Assembly: GCF_006345805.1 (NCBI RefSeq)
Contig: NC_043006.1
Location: 27,404,001-27,468,000, forward strand
Source of the DNA: Octopus sinensis
Taxonomy: Eukaryota
Reading direction: 5' to 3'
Length of the DNA: 64,000 nucleotides
Shown here: piece by piece, positions 1 to 14,293 of the stretch
How the letters are laid out: each line of letters starts with the position of its first letter
How positions within the stretch are numbered: the first letter of the stretch is position 1
Notes under the pieces: model-generated
Told to the model about the DNA's origin: nothing
Databases searched by the model: none
What the model saw: only the letters and a program-made list of their open reading frames with translations
Program-made: the position numbers and the translations under genes

Positions 1-204
1 GAAATCTTGCCTAATTAGCCTAATCAATAATTAGCCATATTTGTGATGTCATATCTTTGAAACTGAGGTGATAATCATCTTCAAATTTCACAAATTAATA
101 GTGACCATGGTACAGCAGTTGCCTATTTTTGTCCGGGTTCTTGGAAAGAAAACTTTTCTTTTAGTAGTTTTGCAGTGTTTTCAGACCTCTTTTATCTCTC
201 TTCT

Positions 205-405
205 CTTTTACTTGTTTCAGTCATTTGACTGTGGCCATGCTGGAGCACCACCTTTGGTCGAGCAAATCGACCACAGGACTTATTCTTTGGAAGCCTAGTA
301 CTTATTCTATCGGTCTCTTTTGCCAAAACGCTAAGTTACGGGGACATAAACACATCACCATCGGGGACAAACACAGACGCACAAACATACACACACAGAT
401 GCTTT
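205..405 (-). mobile_element. SINE 3' part (octopus-type, TAAAAGA-like tail)
   Basis: gtttcagtcatttgactg.ggccatgctggagcacc..gtcgagcaaatcgacc body; degenerate related pieces at about 35450 and 46400. Confidence 0.65.
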
Positions 406-417
406 TATATATATATA

Positions 418-713
418 TTTTTTTTTTTTTTTTTTTACAACCAGTCCATCAGATGTAGTTACACATTGCTGGTCACAATGCGTTCGCATTGTTTTAGCCT
501 TCAAATGATGCCACCCCGCTGGCTAAGCGAGCAGGCCAACAGAAGAAAGAGTGGTGAAAGAGTACAGCAGGGATCACCACCCCCTGCTGGAGCATCGTGG
601 AGCTTTTAGGTGTTTTCACTCAATAAACACTCACAACGCCCGGTCTGCGAATCGAAACCGCGATCCTATGACCGCGAGTCCGCTGCCCTAACCACTGGGC
701 CATTGCACCTCCA
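418..713 (-). mobile_element. tRNA-derived SINE with poly(A) tail
   Basis: Minus-strand head TGGAGGTGCAATGGCCCAGTGGTTAGGG...GGTTTCGATT (A/B-box-like) and an A19 tail at 418-436. Confidence 0.75.
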
Positions 714-745
<32 letters not shown>

Positions 746-906
746 CGACCTTCTTTCAGTTTCCGTCTACCAAATCCACTCACAAGGCTTTGGTCAGCCC
801 GAGGCTATAGTAGAAGACACTTGCCCAAGGTGCCACACAGTGGGATTGAACCTGGAACCATGTGGTTGGTAAGCAAGCTACTTACCACACAGCCACTCCT
901 GCACCT
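746..906 (-). mobile_element. tRNA-derived SINE with CORE-like GGCACCTTGGGCAAGTGTCTT motif
   Basis: Same family in plus orientation at about 28581-28715, 34131-34280, 38838-38970 and 40066-40225. Confidence 0.8.
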
Positions 907-1175
907 AATTAAAATTCAGAAATACAAGTTACATGGACATGAGTTTTGGTACATTTGTAGTTGGTATAGAACTAAATAAATCCTGAGATTCTGGAACGAG
1001 AACATTTCAATAAAATTTTAATGGCAATAAATGGCAGAATTTCAGATCAGGACACCCACATAAGTTGAATATTCTCCATTTCGACAGCGATTTTACATCA
1101 TGGTCTTGGAAATGATGGGGTAAGCTTTTTATGAAAAAGAATTTTGGAAAATTTATGATTTATTTTCTATCCCCC

Positions 1176-1211
<36 letters not shown>

Positions 1212-1734
1212 CCCTCCAGAGTAATTTTGGCCAATTTTGTTTGCATTACACACTTAAAAATGATGGGAGATGCCTTTTCGGAGATTTTTAAAACATTTTC
1301 AAATGGAAAGATGTGTGATTTAATGAAAATTTAGCTATTGTTTCTAGCACATCCCACATCCACCTGATAACTTTCAAAGAATTGAATGTAGACCTAGATT
1401 AAAAAACAAACAAAATGTGAAAACTAATTTCTTTCTTTAAACATTAAAAACATAAATTAAAGGCTAACAACATCTGTAACTCATTAGTAGGAGAGAGAAA
1501 AAACCCAAAACAAATATGTAAACACTAACACAAATTATTCCAACTATTCAAAATCAGGGTGTAAAACATTATATCTGACTTGTACAATATATATTCATTG
1601 CACAATATAATTTTTATTAACAGAATTTGACCTATATTTCTCAAAGAAAATTGAAATTAACATGTTGTAGTGTGACGGAGGAAAAGGACTACAGAAAAAG
1701 AAACAAAAGGAAAAAGAAATACAAAAGGACTTAC

Positions 1735-1880
1735 CTCGGCGAAATCAGTGGTCTCTCACGAATTCAACACGTCCTGTCACTTTGCCATCTATGCTGGAAT
1801 TGACCACGCTTCCTCGCTGACGTCACATGCGCCCTTCACTCTTCCGCCAGCCCCTGCAAGCCCTACTTCCGCCCACCTCA
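1735..1880 (-). promoter_or_regulatory. Putative promoter and non-coding first exon of a neighbouring minus-strand gene
   Basis: Local CpG enrichment; GAG/GTAAGT donor at 1734; TGACGTCA (1818-1825), CACATG (1824-1829), ACTTCCG and CCGCCC (1865-1874). Confidence 0.5.
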
Positions 1881-2149
1881 TCTGTCATCCTCTCCACCAA
1901 CACCACATAGCTCATCACGGCCCATAACACCGACCACCAACACCACACATGTACAAGCATATCTGCTAGGCTTGTCTATTGGCTTTCCACATGTTAAAAC
2001 AGCAAGAGGGAATAAGCAGCATTCTCACTACAACAATTTCATGCTAAGTTTGGGCTCTATAAGACTTATTAACCTCAATTTAGTGCATTTTTTGTAGAAA
2101 TATATGTTTACTTAGTAATTAGTTCATCTGTTTCTTGAAATTCTGGCTC

Positions 2150-2600
2150 AAACTCATTTTGGCATGAAAATAACAAAGCAAAAAGTGTGTTTTTGCATGT
2201 TCAAACTGCACTTGTCTCCATTGTTCTATAGTGATGCCTACTTACTATAACACTTGGTAATTTAAAATGATGTTCCTTCATAACATGTAAATTCTCAAAT
2301 CCCCAGTAGGTGCAACTGTGGCAGTTGAGTCATTTAATGTATAAGTAGCCTCATCAACCCAAACAAGCTTTCCAAGTATTGTTTGTGAAATTCTACACGT
2401 CAGTCAGGATTATCTTCATTATGAACATGGACTATTCTTGGAATGTAACTTTTTCAGTGACCGATTTCAAAATGTAATGGAGGTTTGATTTTGAAATTCC
2501 TATCTGAAGACTCACTTGCAGCACACATTTTCTTGAACTCTGACAATACATTTCCTGTACTTCTTGCCTAGTGGCTCTCCACATGTTAAAACAGCAAAAG
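2150..2600 (-). mobile_element. Degenerate Tc1/mariner-superfamily transposase relic
   Basis: HTH-like SSRKCVLQVSLQIGISKSNLHYILK, then frameshifted YIPRIVHVHNEDNPD*RVEF. Confidence 0.5.
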
Positions 2601-3639
2601 AGAATAAGCAACATTCTCGATATAACAATTTCATGCTGAGTTTGGGCTCTAGAAGACTTATTAACCTCAATTTAGTGCATCTTTTGTAGAAATATATGTT
2701 TACTTAATAATTAGGTCATTAGTGTCTGCAGTCTTCCAGAACATTTCTTGTAGACATTCCCAAAAGTTCCATCTGCTTCAAACTTGTGTTGGAATGTTAT
2801 GTAGGTGGATCTGTTTGAAACTCTCTCCTAAAATTAGCTTGTAAGGCAAGAGAAAAAAATGAAGAGGAAGACACAAAAGGGGAGAAAGAAAAAAAAAAGG
2901 CCTCCTCAACTAAATGGGTGGGTGGGGTGAAAGTTCTGTCAGATGTTGAGAGGTTAGAGTGTGATGGAAGAACATCCTTAGAATAGAGGTACAAAACAAC
3001 CCTGCATTATATAAGGGTGGGTGGGAGTAGCTGGAAAGAAGACAGAAGTGGTGGTGGGATATTGGAACAGCTCAAGATAGAGTGGATTGCGGGGGGTGGA
3101 GCAGAAGTGCATGGAGTAAGTGATGGAGAGAGACAGAGGAGTGGATCACTGGTGCTATGGTAAGTGGGGTGTGGGTGATAGATATGAGAAGGATTTGAGA
3201 GTGATGGCAAGAGGTATTAAGAAGAGAGTAAAGCATGGAGTAAGAATGGAGAGAGCAGAAAGCACGAAAAGACGGTGAGCAGTGAAAATATTATGGGTAG
3301 GAATTATAATAAGAAATGGAATTGTGACCACAATGGAGGGAATTGTAATATATGCCTATTCTGCTCTCAGAGAAACAACATGTATTAAGCGATGATATGT
3401 GGGGTAAATGCTTGAGGAGGTGGGCAGGGCCCTACATGTACAAGCATAACCAAGGTGGTCTTTAGGGTATCATTTCTGCTGTGCTGGGCAGGTTGTCTTG
3501 AGCATAGCAGATCACTAATCATCTTGTTTCTTTGTCATCTCCTCCTTATGGATGTTCCATATCTTAAAATCAACTTTCACTACTTCATCCCTTATCTTTC
3601 TGGGTTTTCCTCTTCTGTAGGTTCATTCCACATCAAGTG

Positions 3640-3960
3640 ATTGGTACTTCTTTATGCAGCTGTCTTCATCCATCTGCATCGTGTGATCAAACCAGTGCAG
3701 TCTTCCCTCTTGCACACTACATCTCATTCCTCTTTCACCTAATTTTTCTTTCAGTACATTAGCACTTTATCATATATGCATACTGACATTGCACATGCAC
3801 AGAACATACTAGTTTCATTCCTCTCTGATCTTTGCACATCCTCTGTATTCAGGGTCCATGTCTCTCTATCATGTAGCATTGCTGTACATACACAAACATC
3901 ATGCAATGTGCCTTTCACTCAGGGAGAGACCTTTTGTTGCCCACAGAGATAATAGCTCTC
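3640..3960 (-). mobile_element. RTE LINE ORF2 C-terminal relic
   Basis: Degenerate match to the LHGSETW..MCNVSV..RRLHWYGH region seen at 43413-43730. Confidence 0.7.
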
Positions 3961-5002
3961 TGATTTAAAATTTATTGTGTATCATGGCAGTAACAAGTAT
4001 GTTAATTTATACTTGTCACTGTAGCCTTCAGCTAAATGTAAATGCAAAATGAGTGAGATAATTTATGAATTATATTCATACTAGTGAATTATTAAACTGT
4101 GAATATTTCCCAGAATTAATGGTAAACCTATTAGGTTATTTCTGAAAAATTTGTCAAAATAACCAGATAGCGTAGCCTGTGTTGAGTTAGTTGCTCATCT
4201 GCTAACCATTGGAATACGATAATTACTTAATGTACATTATATGTACACTTTATATACTTTATGCACAATTTTATAGACTTAATAACACAGCACTCATAAA
4301 ATAAATATTCACTCTTATTTTTCCTATAAACAAAAAAAAGTATCCCATACATATGATTCAACCTTTAGTTAAATTGCGTACATCTGCCACATAAATAAGC
4401 GTGAATATTTCATGGAATTGAACTTCTGCGCATGTGTTAAGTGATAGGTGATATAGAAAACTTAGTTCAATTTTTAAAAAATGCACTTTTCACTATAGTC
4501 ACCACCACTACCTCCATCTTACCACCATCATCTCTCTTGCTCTACCTTTAACCTCACCATCAGAACATCACCCCTCTGCTAAAATTATAACATTGCCCCT
4601 AATGTCACAGACACTTCTCTCTTTTTTTCTCCATCTTTCTGTCTCTTTGCTTTATCCTCTTTTTCTCCTCTCTTTTCCTTCAACTAATCATGTGAAAGCA
4701 TTACAATTACATTCCCTCTACTTTACATCATGGCTGCTTCTCTCTCCCCCTCTTTTTCCCTAATCATTTGAAAGCATTACTAATGGACCAAGTAACGCAA
4801 TGAGAGGCAGAATTATTATAAGATATGTTGTAATGTATAGGTTGTACATGTTTATTGTACTAAATATCAGCACATATTCTCAATCTTTTGTCAGTTTAGC
4901 TGCAAAGCCTAGTATTATAAGTCTTTATCTTATATTTGGGAACATTCTTAATAATCTGAACTTTGAATAAAGCTGGTATATTCTGAAATTATTCTGTCAT
5001 TT

Positions 5003-5884
5003 TAGTGGGTCATCCCATGAATAATGTGGTATTTTTATATTACTTATATTTTTCAAAATTAAGATCAACTAAGTTCTTTTGTAATCTAAAATCTCCATTT
5101 TCTACAATACGCTTCCATCTATCTGGTAGACTTGCAAGGCTCTTCTTTTAAAATTCACTTGTTCATGATGACGAATACTCCTCCAGTACTGTTCTGACCT
5201 CATCTACAAAATTAATATTTTTTCTATCCAAATGACTTTGAAGGCTGTATAATAAAGGATAATTAGATAGGGCAATGTCTGGCAAATATGGTGGATGAGG
5301 CATCGTTTCCCATTCAAACTGCTCCAGCCTTTAGAATGTCATCCTTGCTGTATGTAACTGAGCATTACCTTGATGGAAGAACAGCTTTCGTCTTGAAACC
5401 AAAGATGGTCGTTTTTCTTCTAGTACTGACTTGAATGACCAAATTCAAGTTTCTCTGCTAGTTCCTCAACAGTTATGATGGGATTTTGTTCTATCAGGAT
5501 TTGAAGGATGTCCTCATAAAACTCTACAGATTTTCTAGGATGAGGCTCATCTTCTAGGCTGTTTCTGGTTCAGAATTTCTGGAATCACCATTAACACTGG
5601 CTTATGCTTATTGTCTGATCCCTATACTGCATTAATATTCCTTGCACTGTTGCCTTTATTGAACTCATAAAGTAAAATATGCTCCTTTGTCACTTCCACT
5701 ATAGCTTTGAAAAAATAATTATTAAAATCAAACTGCACTCTTCAAAACTTGCACTAAGAAAAAGTACAAGGTAAAATGACTACCTGCTTTTATAGCAAGT
5801 TGGTGCAGGTAGTTTATCTTGTCTCCCTCCTACTTTTAGTTCATGCAATTAAAAAAACCGCATTATTTATGGGACGATCCAATA
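5003..5884 (-). mobile_element. Internally deleted mariner element with TIRs
   Basis: TIRs tagtgggtcatcccatgaataatgtgg and (rc) tattggatcgtcccataaataatgcgg with TA ends; relic peptides EVTKEHI..YEFNKGN, FHQGNAQLHT, HPPYLPDIALSNY, LPDRWKRIVENG. Confidence 0.85.
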
Positions 5885-6287
5885 TATGTAAAACATCAAA
5901 CCAAAATTTGCAGTGAGACAACCATAAACTGTAGAATTCAGATTTGGCCAATGTTAAAATCTACATTTCCAAACTGATCCACACTGTATATTTTGAAGTT
6001 ATATAATTTGTTGACAATATTTAATACTAAATACTAGATACTACAAGTTATGTAGTGAATGAGAAATAAACTCTTGGATAACTTAGTACATTAAATGATA
6101 ATGATGGTGATTATCTAGTAAAAATGGGATGTAATAAGTTGATTGATGGTTGCAATTGAGAATTTTTATAAGGAAAATATATCTTTCAAACAGAATAGCA
6201 ACACATAATGTTCATCTTAGGTATTTGAATTTTTCTAAGTTTAAGTCCAGACCATGAAGCAGGGACTTTCAAGATCACTTTGATGGT

Positions 6288-6605
6288 ATGAGGCTTCCCA
6301 TGACAACTCAAAACATCTCATGGCATGTGTACAAGACCGAAGAGGTGATTTATAGGTATGTTCCATCTATTTCTACTGTTCTTGATCAACATAGGGTAGG
6401 CTTTGCTGGCTACTACTATCATTTTGAGCAACAGACTATATCAAATAATATATTTTGGATGTTTCTACACCCTAACAGGCCCAACTACATGTTATTAACA
6501 GAGATACAACATGGAACAGAGAATCTACCAAAGTTAATAGGAGACAGATTCCTTGAACAGCACTTTGACATGCATCTTGAAGAAGAGAATTTTTCTAAAT
6601 TGTAA
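6288..6605 (+). mobile_element. LINE (RTE-X-like) ORF2 C-terminal relic
   Basis: NISWHVYKTEEVIYRYVPSISTVLDQHRVGFAGY resembles the ISW...LPPIS..IR.RRLRFAGH tail of RTE-clade ORF2. Confidence 0.55.
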
Positions 6606-6869
6606 ATCTCATCTGCTGGTTTTGAAAACTGCTGTTAATATCATGGTGAAATGTAATTTTCTAAATATTGATATGTGCATCAAACAACATCCCTCGAAAT
6701 ATTTAATATGTTATTTCCCCATGTTATGAATAACAACCCCCATCTATTTGGCAAATTGTTGATCCTTGAGATGTAAAATTCTTCAGGTTTTGAAGCAAAG
6801 AAACATTCACAATTAATAAACTGTGTTCCTCTTTAAATAACTTGAATATCCCCTGGAAAAATGGTATTC

Positions 6870-7260
6870 AGATAGAGTAATATGGATGAAGCAAAACTTT
6901 TATATTGACTGAACATAACCTTTCCTTGGGCAACAAGTGGTCTTGCATTATTGTGTAAGAGCAACACCTTTTTATGAATTACCACTGATGGGAGGCTGTT
7001 CAATAATTTTTTGTGCAACAGTACTTTGCATCATTAATGGCTTCATTTTGGTTTAACACTTCATAATAGACACCTTTCATGTATCACCAAACATAGCATA
7101 ACTTTGTATGGGTGTATTCCTGGTTTGGGGATGGATTCCCCTCTTTGCATTGTTGTTTTTGTTGGATACAGTTATAGAGAACCCACTTGTGATGATTCTA
7201 CTGAAGAAAGCTTTGGTAGTAAGTCTAGTCTTCAGTGATGAGCAGAAAGTAACTCTTTGA
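6870..7260 (-). mobile_element. Mariner transposase fragment
   Basis: KWVLYN.. and KKVLLLHNNARPLVA (HDNARPH motif). Confidence 0.7.
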
Positions 7261-8016
7261 TTAAACTAAAAAGCAGTCAGATAATGGGGGACCAACAGAC
7301 CAAGTTTAAACACATTCATGAAAGTATTTTATGATCAAACTGTGACTTGAATTGAACTGTTTTGCTAATTCTCATGCAATCTACTTTGAATTTTCCTCAA
7401 CTACATTTCCCAGAAGCTCAACAATGATAGAAGTTGATCATTCAGATTAAAGGGAATCTGGTCAAACCATTGTTGACATGTTCGGACAATCAAATATTCA
7501 TTTCTATTGGCAGAACAATTATTTCTTGCTGCTCACATTGTTAAGCATCCCCTTTTGAATTCACATAGCATGCAGTGTCTGAAATGGAACTGATCTAAAG
7601 GCCCAACAAAAAGCCTACCCCCCCACCCCGGATATTATGGCTGTAACATCATTAGGTTGCTCAATCAGAGCAAACCAATATCTTACTCACTGCAATATGT
7701 TAGATCAGAAAGACATTTCGACTTATGCATTCTTGCATAGATTGTATCTAAATAAACAACAGAATGGAGGACATTAAAGCCTTTGAGCATGTTTATGCTT
7801 ATGAAGGCTGACCTTGGGCTAAAATCAACCAGCTTTTTTTGCTAGTTAATTTTCTTTTATTACAGCCAATATCATTACTTGTAGGTTTTATCCATTAGCT
7901 AGTTAACATCACAACATAGGTTTTGAGTACCTCTAGTAGAATCTACCATGTTGCAATCATCTGAGCCATTGTCAGTGAGTAGCCCCACCACCACAACCAC
8001 CACCTATCTTGATACT

Positions 8017-8241
8017 TTAACTCTTTTGATCCCAACCTGCTTGACATTGCCTTATGTTCTAAGATACAAACTCATTTTACAGTTTCTAATTAAAGCTTCC
8101 ATCAAAATTTCATGCTGATTTATGTTCCAAACATCAGATTAATGATGACAAAGTTATTTTACTAAATTCTTTACTATTTTCAAAATTGACTGAAACAAAA
8201 GCAGCATATTTTAACAGAAAAATGGTAACAAAAGGGGGTCA
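8017..8241. mobile_element. TTAA-type MITE family member (related copies at about 10540-10735 and 41063-41325)
   Basis: ttaactcttttg ... aaagggggtca ends; shared core cttccatcaaaattt..ttccaaacatcag.ttaat..attttactaaa. Confidence 0.55.
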
Positions 8242-10964
8242 TAGACACTGCTCTCCCTTCTGTAAATGAAAATAAAATAAAACATTCACATCATTACTAT
8301 TTCTCCACATTTTCATTCCAAGGGGAGACACAAAACAGATAACATACAAGTAAGAAATACAACACAAGAATATTCCAAGCTTATTGCATAACTACTTTAT
8401 ATCAAATAAAAATATACAGAATATACAAGTTTAATAATTAGAATTATTATTCAATATCACAAAGTCAGGTTTGATCATTAATACAACCAACAATGTTTCT
8501 ATGTACACCAGCTTCTCTGTGCAGCAATGTTGAACTGGAAGTTTTTTAAAAAAAATTTTGTAAAAGAAAATATAAACAATAACAATAATTTATTTTTAAT
8601 TTAGTGTGAAAACTATAAGATTTTAAAGAGTAAGGTGTATGTTATTTAGGAATATAAAGCTATGCTTGCCATTAGACTTTTATATCTCTCAAGAATAATA
8701 ATAATGATGATTTCTAACTCAATACTACTACTAATAAATAATAATAATTGTTTCAAACTGAGGCAAAAGTTGAGTAATTTTAAGGGGACCCAGAGCTCAA
8801 TTGGTACTTATTTTATTGATCCTAAAAGGATGAAAGGCAAAGTTGACCTCAGAGGATTTTATACTCAGAATATAGACACAGAAGAAATGCTGCAAGGTAT
8901 TTTGTCCAAATTCTAACAATTCTACCCATTTATCATCCTACCACTCCTGCTACTAATATTAATAATAACATATCTGTATGACATGAGGATTTGGTCAATT
9001 GAATGAAACCCTCAATTTATTAAATGGTAAGTCAGAAAAAGAACGTAAAGCACATCATAATTTCTTTAATGTAATTTGCTTTCTTTGTCCAATACTAATA
9101 ATACTCCTGATCTTTTACTATGCTACAAATTTTATGGGGAGGGGATGGTAGTTGATTAAACCAATCCCAGTAGTTGGCTGGTTATTTTATTAACTCACTT
9201 CTCCAAATTTAACTATGGCAGGGTTTGAACTTACAAAATAAGAAGGGATGTTTACTAACATATTGTAAGTCATTTATGTCCAGCACATCACTTAATCAAT
9301 TCAGTCATTCTTTATTGCATTAATAAAATAATAAGATAGATAGAGAAATAGATAGATCAAATGCCAAAAGAAAATCCTGAAAATACATCTAAGAGCCCAA
9401 ATAAATTAATATCACTCCTGTCCCCCACCCCCTCACTTCAGAAAGAAAAACGATTAATAAATAAATATACAGAATAAAATATTGACACTTAATTTCCCCA
9501 CCAACCATCACCTTTTTAGAAATAGAGTTTCTCCAAGTTTAGAATTTTCTTAAGGGCAGAAGCTAATCTGGTTTTCTTACATTGTAATTATATCACTAAT
9601 ATGAGAACTGCTTCTTTAGTATCAGAGTTGTTGTTATTATTTATCTAATTCTTTATTTCAGAGCAGCTGCTTGATGGCTGAAATGTGTGTTATATTATTA
9701 TTACCATCATCATTATTAACAGTGACCAGCAGTAGAAATGCTGATGGTAATGTTATTGTTGCTGCTGTTTTCCATGACATTCTTATTGCAACTGCTACCT
9801 CTATCATTCATGGTTTTCATATGAAAGAAAAGTAACATAAGAAAGCTAAATTGTTTTAAACAGGATCAGATATTTAAATCATTTAAGAAAACTGATGATA
9901 AGCAATTTAAATTTAAATGGTTACAACAGAAGAAAAGAACTCAAGTTAGAAATAATTTCAGTGCAGGATTGCATTGAATCAGGGATGGATAATATAGTAA
10001 CAAGCCGGTGCATTAAGAACATAAAAATCATAAAAATAGATAAGGATTTTTGACTTAAGACCATACATATGTAGGAGATGGTGGTGGTGGGGACTACAAT
10101 GTTGGGACTTACAACATTTTTCTTAGAAACAAATAAAAAGAATGGTATCACGTTGTCTTTAATAAAAAATTCTCCAAGGAAATATCAAACCAATTTCAAT
10201 AAAACTGATGATTTGTAACTTATATTTTGTTAATAGGTTTCAGTGCTTTATAAAATAACATTAATTAAAAAGAAAACCTGTGTTATCCTTAACCTTTAAA
10301 ATCAATATTTTGCAAGGTTTCTTTTCCAGATTCATAGTTTCATTTATAAAGTTTGTCATTTTGTTAGGTAAGTGGGTTTTATGCATCTGCAGTTTTTTTA
10401 CATTGCAAGAGACGTTCAAAGTTAATTCTCATAGAACTTATAGGAAAACTACTGTCTAGAGAGCTTAAGAAATGATGAAACTAAAACTTCACATAAAACC
10501 TATTTAGCTATGTTCCATTATTTTGGAGAGGGGAGGGCTTTAACCTACTTGAAACTACCCCTAGTTTTATGATGTAATCTTCATATTTTCAAGAACTTCC
10601 ATCAAAATTTCATATTATGTTCCAAACATCAACATAATAATGAGTATGTTATTTTACTAAAATTCTTCACTGTTTTCAAAATAAATTGAAACAAAAGAAG
10701 TGTATTTCAACAGAAATGTGGTAACAATAGGCTTTAAGAAAATATTTTTTTTTTGTAAGTCATCATAGATAAACTTGAATTTAAGTTGCTAGAACAGCAC
10801 ATCACTTTATCTTTCATTAGTCTAGAAGAGAAGCAAAATATAATCATATGGAGCCAAATATCAATGGTGTGTGAAAATGTTTCAAATATTTTTCAAACAT
10901 TAACAGCAAATATTTGCAATACAATTATATATTTATAGTTTAGAAGTTTATATATATAGGATGT

Positions 10965-11235
10965 TTGGTTTACAATTGCAAAGTTGAGAGTTCAATTCCT
11001 GATGATGTGTTGTGTCCTTAAGCAAGACACTTTATTTCATGTTGCTCCAGTCCACTCAGCTGGCAAAAATGAGTTGTACATGTATTTCAAAGGGCCAGCC
11101 TTGTTGCACTTGTGTCACATTCAATCTCCCTGAGAATTACATTAAGGGTACATGTGTTTGTGGAGTTAATTTCATGAGTAGGCTGTTCTATTGATTGGAT
11201 CAACTGGAACTCTCATTGTCATAACCAACAGACTG
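10965..11235 (+). mobile_element. SINE with CORE-like GTGTCCTTAAGCAAGACACTT motif
   Basis: B-box-like gagttcaattcc followed by the CORE-like block. Confidence 0.6.
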
Positions 11236-12446
11236 CTTACACACACACAATACTAAGGTTTTTCACGAAATGTTATTGAAAGTAATTTTTACAAATATAT
11301 TACTAATATTCATTGCTTTATATTGGAACAAATATTTTCTAGTTCATGTGGGATTTCTTAAAAAAAAACAAACTAATTTTAAAATGTTACTATCCATCAA
11401 TAAGTAAACCATGTATAAATATATAAGTATATAAACATGTATGTAGCTATTAACGACATAAAATACTATCTATCAAACCCACATAACAATAATTTCTTCT
11501 AAAACCTACTAAACCAGAAATTGTTTAAGCTTTATATGAGTATCACAGCATTTTATCCATCAAATAGTAGAAACTGAATGGCAGACCTCAACAACCATAA
11601 AAATAATCTAGTTTGAAAACTCATGTGGTGCATCAGTCATAAATAATTTATTATTAGTAGTATTGCTATTATCATCATCAGAAACATTTCAATACTTCCT
11701 AGCAGTAATAATAGCTATTATACATAAACATATAAACACACATGCATGCACACACACACACACACACACAACTGTGGTTTTATCTCTAATTTAATATAAT
11801 ATATATATATATATTCAGTAGGGTATTTAAATACCACTTGCTATAATCAGAGCGATCGCTCCCAAACCACGATTAAGATAAAGATGTAAAGTTGTTAGCC
11901 ACCTTATTATTATCATTAATAATGGTAATAATATTTCTTTATATATATATATATATATACATACACACACAAATACACTTACATTTTACACATATCAAAT
12001 AGAAAAACATTTGCAATACAAAAACAAGACCAAACATACAAATTGGCTGTCTAACAGCAATTATTGTCAGACTGCAGTGTTCCTATATGACAAGCGTTAA
12101 ACAGTATAAAGGGTAAACCATAAATAAAAATAGCAGTAAGAGAAGCATAAGGTTACTACGTTACACTATACTATGCTGAACTGTCTGTCTCCAGTCACAA
12201 TACAAAGCTGTTGTCATTTGAAAATATAAATCATGCACATTTTATAGTTATAGATTAGTGTCTGAATTCTTTGTGAATAATAGAAGAAAAACAAAAAAAG
12301 TCAAAATTTACTTTCAATTACAAAGAGAAATAGATTGGTACAAAAAGACTTTCTATGCACCAGAACAACTGAAAAAAACACTGCTTTGCTGATATTTTCC
12401 TTATTAAAACAAAAATTTTGTTGAAAAATCATTAAGTTTTACTTAC

Positions 12447-12472
12447 AATATATATATGTATGTGTATGCATG

Positions 12473-12525
<53 letters not shown>

Positions 12526-12632
12526 TATACACATATAGATATGTGTATATGTATATATACATAGATATGAATATATGTATATATACATAGATATGAATAT
12601 ATGTATATATATATATATATATATATAGATAT

Positions 12633-12715
<83 letters not shown>

Positions 12716-12991
12716 TGTTATATATATATGTGTGTATATATATATGCATCTATATGTGTATATATATGTGTGTGTGTATATATATGCATGTGCATATATA
12801 TATACATATGCATGTATATATATATATATATATACATGCATGTATATATATATATGTACGTACATATATACACATACATATATATATATGTACATGCATA
12901 TACATTTATGTATGTATACATATATGTATATATACACATGTATATATATATGTATATATATAATTAAAATAAGCCACAAGGATATCCAGAA

Positions 12992-13048
<57 letters not shown>

Positions 13049-13163
13049 TACATACATACACACATATATATACATATATGTATACCTATATATATACATA
13101 CATACATATATATGTGTGTACACATACATGTAAGCATACATATAATACATGTTTGCATAGATG

Positions 13164-13225
<62 letters not shown>

Positions 13226-13417
13226 TACACACTTTCTTAAACTGTAACACTGACTTTCAAATTGATGATTATTCAAATCATTAGATTATCAATGTGAAAG
13301 TTATGATTTGAGTTTCAGCTACTAATAAAATATAATATACACATTTTATATACTGAGTATTTTTCCCTATTTGTAAAGACAAATATTCATCAATTCATAT
13401 ATATATATATATATATA

Positions 13418-13455
<38 letters not shown>

Positions 13456-13620
13456 CTCTCTTATTCTTTTGTTGGCAAAAATTACAGATAAACACAATAT
13501 AAAATGATTAGACTCCACATCAGAATATTGCCTATATCAGTGGACGGATAAGATGCACACAAACATATATACACACACACACACACAAACATATATACAC
13601 ACACACACACAAACATATAT

Positions 13621-13667
<47 letters not shown>

Positions 13668-14260
13668 CATATAAATATATATATACATATATATATATAC
13701 ACACACACATACATGTATACATTCATACATATATATATACATATATGCATACATATATATATATATATATATATAATATATATATATATATATAATATAC
13801 ATACATATACACACATATATAAACATTTATATATGCACACATATATATACACATATATATACATATACACATATATATATATATACATATATACAGATAT
13901 ATATATACATACACAAACGCATATATATATATATACACACATTATATATATACATACATATATATACATACACATATATATATATATACATATATACAGA
14001 TATATATATATACATACACAAACGCATATATATATATATACACACATTTATATATATACATACATATATATATACATACATAAACATATATATAGATATA
14101 CAATATATACATATATAGATATACGTATATAAATACATATGTATACACATGTACACATATATACATACACACACACACACATATACATACATATATATAT
14201 ATATATATACATACATATATATACATATATATATATATACATACATATATATACATATAC

Positions 14261-14293
<33 letters not shown>

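Noticed and set aside
640-713. tRNA-like sequence (also 57525-57615)
   Set aside because: A/B-box heads continue into SINE bodies and tails and do not give a clean cloverleaf, so not called tRNA genes
6288-6605. 105-aa open ORF as a novel small gene
   Set aside because: Resembles an RTE-clade ORF2 C-terminus and sits among TE debris, with no splice or promoter support
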